DNA of 64,000 nucleotides from an uncultured Gammaproteobacteria bacterium (GTDB lineage Bacteria; Pseudomonadota; Gammaproteobacteria; UBA6002): NCBI GenBank assembly GCA_963705725.1, contig CAVPKM010000001.1, positions 1 to 64,000 of the forward strand, read 5' to 3'. Shown piece by piece: positions 61,196 to 64,000 of this stretch (position 1 is its first letter; each line of letters starts with the position of its first letter). The notes under the pieces were generated by a model. It saw only the letters and a program-made list of their open reading frames with translations, ran no database searches and was not told where the DNA came from. The position numbers and the translations under genes were made by a program.

Positions 61196-62413
61196 ATGTT
61201 ATCGATTAATTATGTACAGAACGAAGTTGCATTAAAATTACCAACTCTGGCACGATGGTTAATCGTGCTTAGTCTCTTATCCCTCATGATTCATGTTCCA
61301 TTTTTAAATGCTGCTTGTTGGGTCGCGGGTTTTTTTATGCTGTTATCTAAAAATGGAATAAAAAATTGGAGCATGATTGTTAAGGACAAAGTCGTGCTAG
61401 CGGGGCTATGCTTAATTTTTATTTTCACCATGAGTTTATGTTACAGCGATGCTAGCTCGCACATTGCATTGCGTTGCTGGAATAAATATTTAAAAATTTT
61501 CTATTTACTTTTTTTCTTGCCGCTTTTCCTAGAAAAAAAATGGCGAATGATGGCTATTCATAGTCTTATTGCAAGTGTGATGTTAAGTGAATTTTTTTCT
61601 TACTTACATTTTTTTTCGATTTTAAAATTAGGTTATTCTCCCGCAAAACATTGGTTATTTGTTCAAGATCTAGATGCGAGTTTTATTGTTTCATTCGTAT
61701 GTTATTTGCTTGCTAATCTCGCTTGGGAAAATCGCAAATATCGTGGATATTATTTAGGTTGTTTGGCGGTGTGTAGCTTTAATATTTTATTTTTAAATGT
61801 AGAGCGCACGGGTTATGTCATTTATCTTGGGCTCGCTAGTCTTTTTTTATTGCAACACTTTAAATGGAAAGGGTTATTGTCCGCGTTTCTTGCGGTGCCG
61901 CTGACGTTGAGTGTACTTTATTTCAGCTCAAACCCCTTTCATGAACGAGTCAATCAAGTCGCGAGTAATTTGTCGGAATATCATCATGGCCATCAGGTGA
62001 CTTCAATTGGACTGCGTTTATTATTTGCGAAATACAGTTTAAAAATAGTGGAAGACCACATGGTTCAAGGTGTGGGTGTAGGCAGTTTTGAGGAGAGTTA
62101 TCGAGCGTTACAAGGACCAAAAATGATAGACGGAACTTGGCCTGCGCATCCTCATGATGAATATATTAACATCCTGTTACAAACGGGCATTGTCGGCTTA
62201 ATCACTTATTTGCTTTGGATAGGTTTGCAAATTCATGTCTCTTTTTCCCTCCCGAAATTAGAAAAAAATTTGCTTCAAGGCTTAATACTTGGGTTTGGCT
62301 TGCTTGGTTTTTGTAACGCATCGTTAATGGTCAATCCTGCAGGAGCTTGTTACTTGCTTTTTCTAGCCGTGTTTTTAGCTTCAAAATATGAAAGAACGCT
62401 ATCATGCGTGTAG
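61196..62413 (+). CDS. waaL: O-antigen ligase family protein
   Basis: Multi-TM; ERTG, TSIGLR, GVGVGSF, HPHDEY..ILLQTGIVG. Confidence 0.85.
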   Translation: MLSINYVQNEVALKLPTLARWLIVLSLLSLMIHVPFLNAACWVAGFFMLLSKNGIKNWSMIVKDKVVLAGLCLIFIFTMSLCYSDASSHIALRCWNKYLKIFYLLFFLPLFLEKKWRMMAIHSLIASVMLSEFFSYLHFFSILKLGYSPAKHWLFVQDLDASFIVSFVCYLLANLAWENRKYRGYYLGCLAVCSFNILFLNVERTGYVIYLGLASLFLLQHFKWKGLLSAFLAVPLTLSVLYFSSNPFHERVNQVASNLSEYHHGHQVTSIGLRLLFAKYSLKIVEDHMVQGVGVGSFEESYRALQGPKMIDGTWPAHPHDEYINILLQTGIVGLITYLLWIGLQIHVSFSLPKLEKNLLQGLILGFGLLGFCNASLMVNPAGACYLLFLAVFLASKYERTLSCV

Positions 62414-63426
62414 CCTTACTGCATCATCAATATAAATTGAAAGGAGGGATGGAATCGTATTTTTTTAATTTGATTAAAGGATTTAATCAATGTCATGATG
62501 AAATTACAGCCTATGTTTATCGACGTGATAAAAAAACCCCCTTGCTTTGTTCAGTTAAGCAATATGCTTTATATTGGCTGCCAAGAGTTCTTCGAAAATA
62601 TTATTTTGGGATGTATATCAGCAAGAAGATCCCGCATCATGATATCCACATCAGTCTAATGCGTGCATTCAATCAAGATATGATTATTTGCGGTGGTACG
62701 CATTTAGGATTTTTAAAAAAAACCAGAAAAAAACCCGGATTTTTCGATAAATTAGAAATTGCTGTGGAAAGAAAAAGTTATCACACCGCGCGCTTTGTGA
62801 TCGCGCATTCTAATTTAGTGAAACAAGAATTGATTCATGATTATCATGTGAGTGAAGAAAAAATTGTTTTATTGTTCCCTCCACTTGATGTGGATCATTT
62901 TACCAAATCTTCGCAGACTGCTTTGCAATTAAAACGTAGCTTTGGTTTAGATCCTTTAAAAAAATCGTTTTTATTTCCATCAACAGGTCATAAGAGAAAA
63001 GGATTAGACATTTTAATTGAGGCAATGGCGCAATTGCCTCAAGAACAGTTTGAACTAGTAATTGCAGGTGATCCGCCTAAGGCTCTCACTAACAATATTA
63101 AATATGTGGGCTTTATCAAACAGATGTCACTGCTTTATCAAGCTTGTGACGCAACGATTTTGCCTTCCTATTATGAACCATTTGGCTTAGTGGTGATTGA
63201 ATCTTTGCAATCAGGAACACCCGTGATTGTTTCTAATCAGGTGGGCGCTAAAGATTTAATTACAGAAAAAGAAGGCATAGTGTTAGATAGTCTTACGCCT
63301 GAAGCATTGGCGAAGGCGATGATAACGATAGTCAGTAATAAATATTCTATTGATGCAGATTTTGCTATACGTCATGAGCTCACCATTCAAAACCATATTG
63401 ATAAAATTAAGCTGTTAATGCAATAG
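62404..63426 (+). CDS. Glycosyltransferase family 4
   Basis: GGME, RKGL, PSYYEPFGLVVIESL..GTPVI. Confidence 0.9.
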   Translation: MRVALLHHQYKLKGGMESYFFNLIKGFNQCHDEITAYVYRRDKKTPLLCSVKQYALYWLPRVLRKYYFGMYISKKIPHHDIHISLMRAFNQDMIICGGTHLGFLKKTRKKPGFFDKLEIAVERKSYHTARFVIAHSNLVKQELIHDYHVSEEKIVLLFPPLDVDHFTKSSQTALQLKRSFGLDPLKKSFLFPSTGHKRKGLDILIEAMAQLPQEQFELVIAGDPPKALTNNIKYVGFIKQMSLLYQACDATILPSYYEPFGLVVIESLQSGTPVIVSNQVGAKDLITEKEGIVLDSLTPEALAKAMITIVSNKYSIDADFAIRHELTIQNHIDKIKLLMQ

Positions 63427-63436
63427 AGTTAAAGCC

Positions 63437-64000
63437 ATGAGTAAAAAACAACGTGTAGAAAAATTATTAAAGCAACCACTTAGCAAGGAAGGATCGATCG
63501 CATTTATCTGCTCTTCCTGTCTTGGCGATACCTTAATGGGCTTAGTGACGGTTAATAATCTCATTCGTAATGGTTATCAAGTTGATGTCTATGGAGATTA
63601 TGCTTTTGCGCTGCAAGATTGGTTTCCTCAATTTAAAATTTTCCCATTCTTAAAGCAGAATAATCAATTTCAACTTAAAAATTATGCGGTGGTTTTGCAT
63701 CTTTATGATTCAAAATTTTCTCAAGAAGTGGCTAGTTGGCATCCCGTTTCCATTACTTTATCGGAGTCTATTTATTATCTTGCTGATATGACGATGACAG
63801 ATATTCAGGTCACTTTATGCCGACAAGAATTTGCTCTCAATCGAGTAGAACGGGTCAATCGAATTCAGCCGCCTGCAGATTTACAATTTAGAAAATATAA
63901 GAATCGCATTGTGCTTCATCCCACCAGTTCTTTGCCCAGAAAAAATTGGCCGCCAAAAAAATTTTTGGAATTGACAAAAAAGCTACGGGCAGAAGGGTTG
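63437..64000 (+). CDS. Glycosyltransferase family 9 (partial, runs off window)
   Basis: SCLGDTL near the start; IVLHPTSS..KNWP near the edge. Confidence 0.75.
   Translation, partial: MSKKQRVEKLLKQPLSKEGSIAFICSSCLGDTLMGLVTVNNLIRNGYQVDVYGDYAFALQDWFPQFKIFPFLKQNNQFQLKNYAVVLHLYDSKFSQEVASWHPVSITLSESIYYLADMTMTDIQVTLCRQEFALNRVERVNRIQPPADLQFRKYKNRIVLHPTSSLPRKNWPPKKFLELTKKLRAEGL

Overview
AT-rich gammaproteobacterial chromosome segment that looks Legionellales/Coxiellaceae-like (inferred from gene order, effector-type proteins and PmrA-like boxes). (1) 1-16.4 kb: a head-to-tail array of at least 8 near-identical ~2.0-2.1 kb units, continuing off the left edge. Each unit encodes an N-terminal helical domain, an F-box and 6-7 RCC1 repeats with an acidic C-terminal tail, and has a PmrA-like promoter. 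The internal spacers carry a terminator and a nearly invariant structured non-coding element. The RCC1 blades are hypervariable at a few codons and shuffled between genes, giving what looks like a diversifying library of SCF ubiquitin-ligase substrate receptors. This is the most notable system in the window. (2) 16.4-30 kb: gene remnants, an APH-family kinase, and the housekeeping block radC-dut-algC-xth-deoC-rph-yicC-gmk-rpoZ-spoT-ridA-recG-hsp20. (3) 30-42 kb: candidate effectors (coiled-coil, LRR-like, two ankyrin-like repeat paralogs plus a stub), with fcl, a methyltransferase and queH. (4) 42-64 kb: LPS/O-antigen locus with a CDP-sugar C-methylation pathway, two large membrane paralogs, an OmpA-type barrel and waaF/waaC/waaL. 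Dispersed palindromic MITE-like elements occur, one in frame inside a gene. Frameshifts in gmk and spoT suggest long-read indel errors, so pseudogene calls are provisional.
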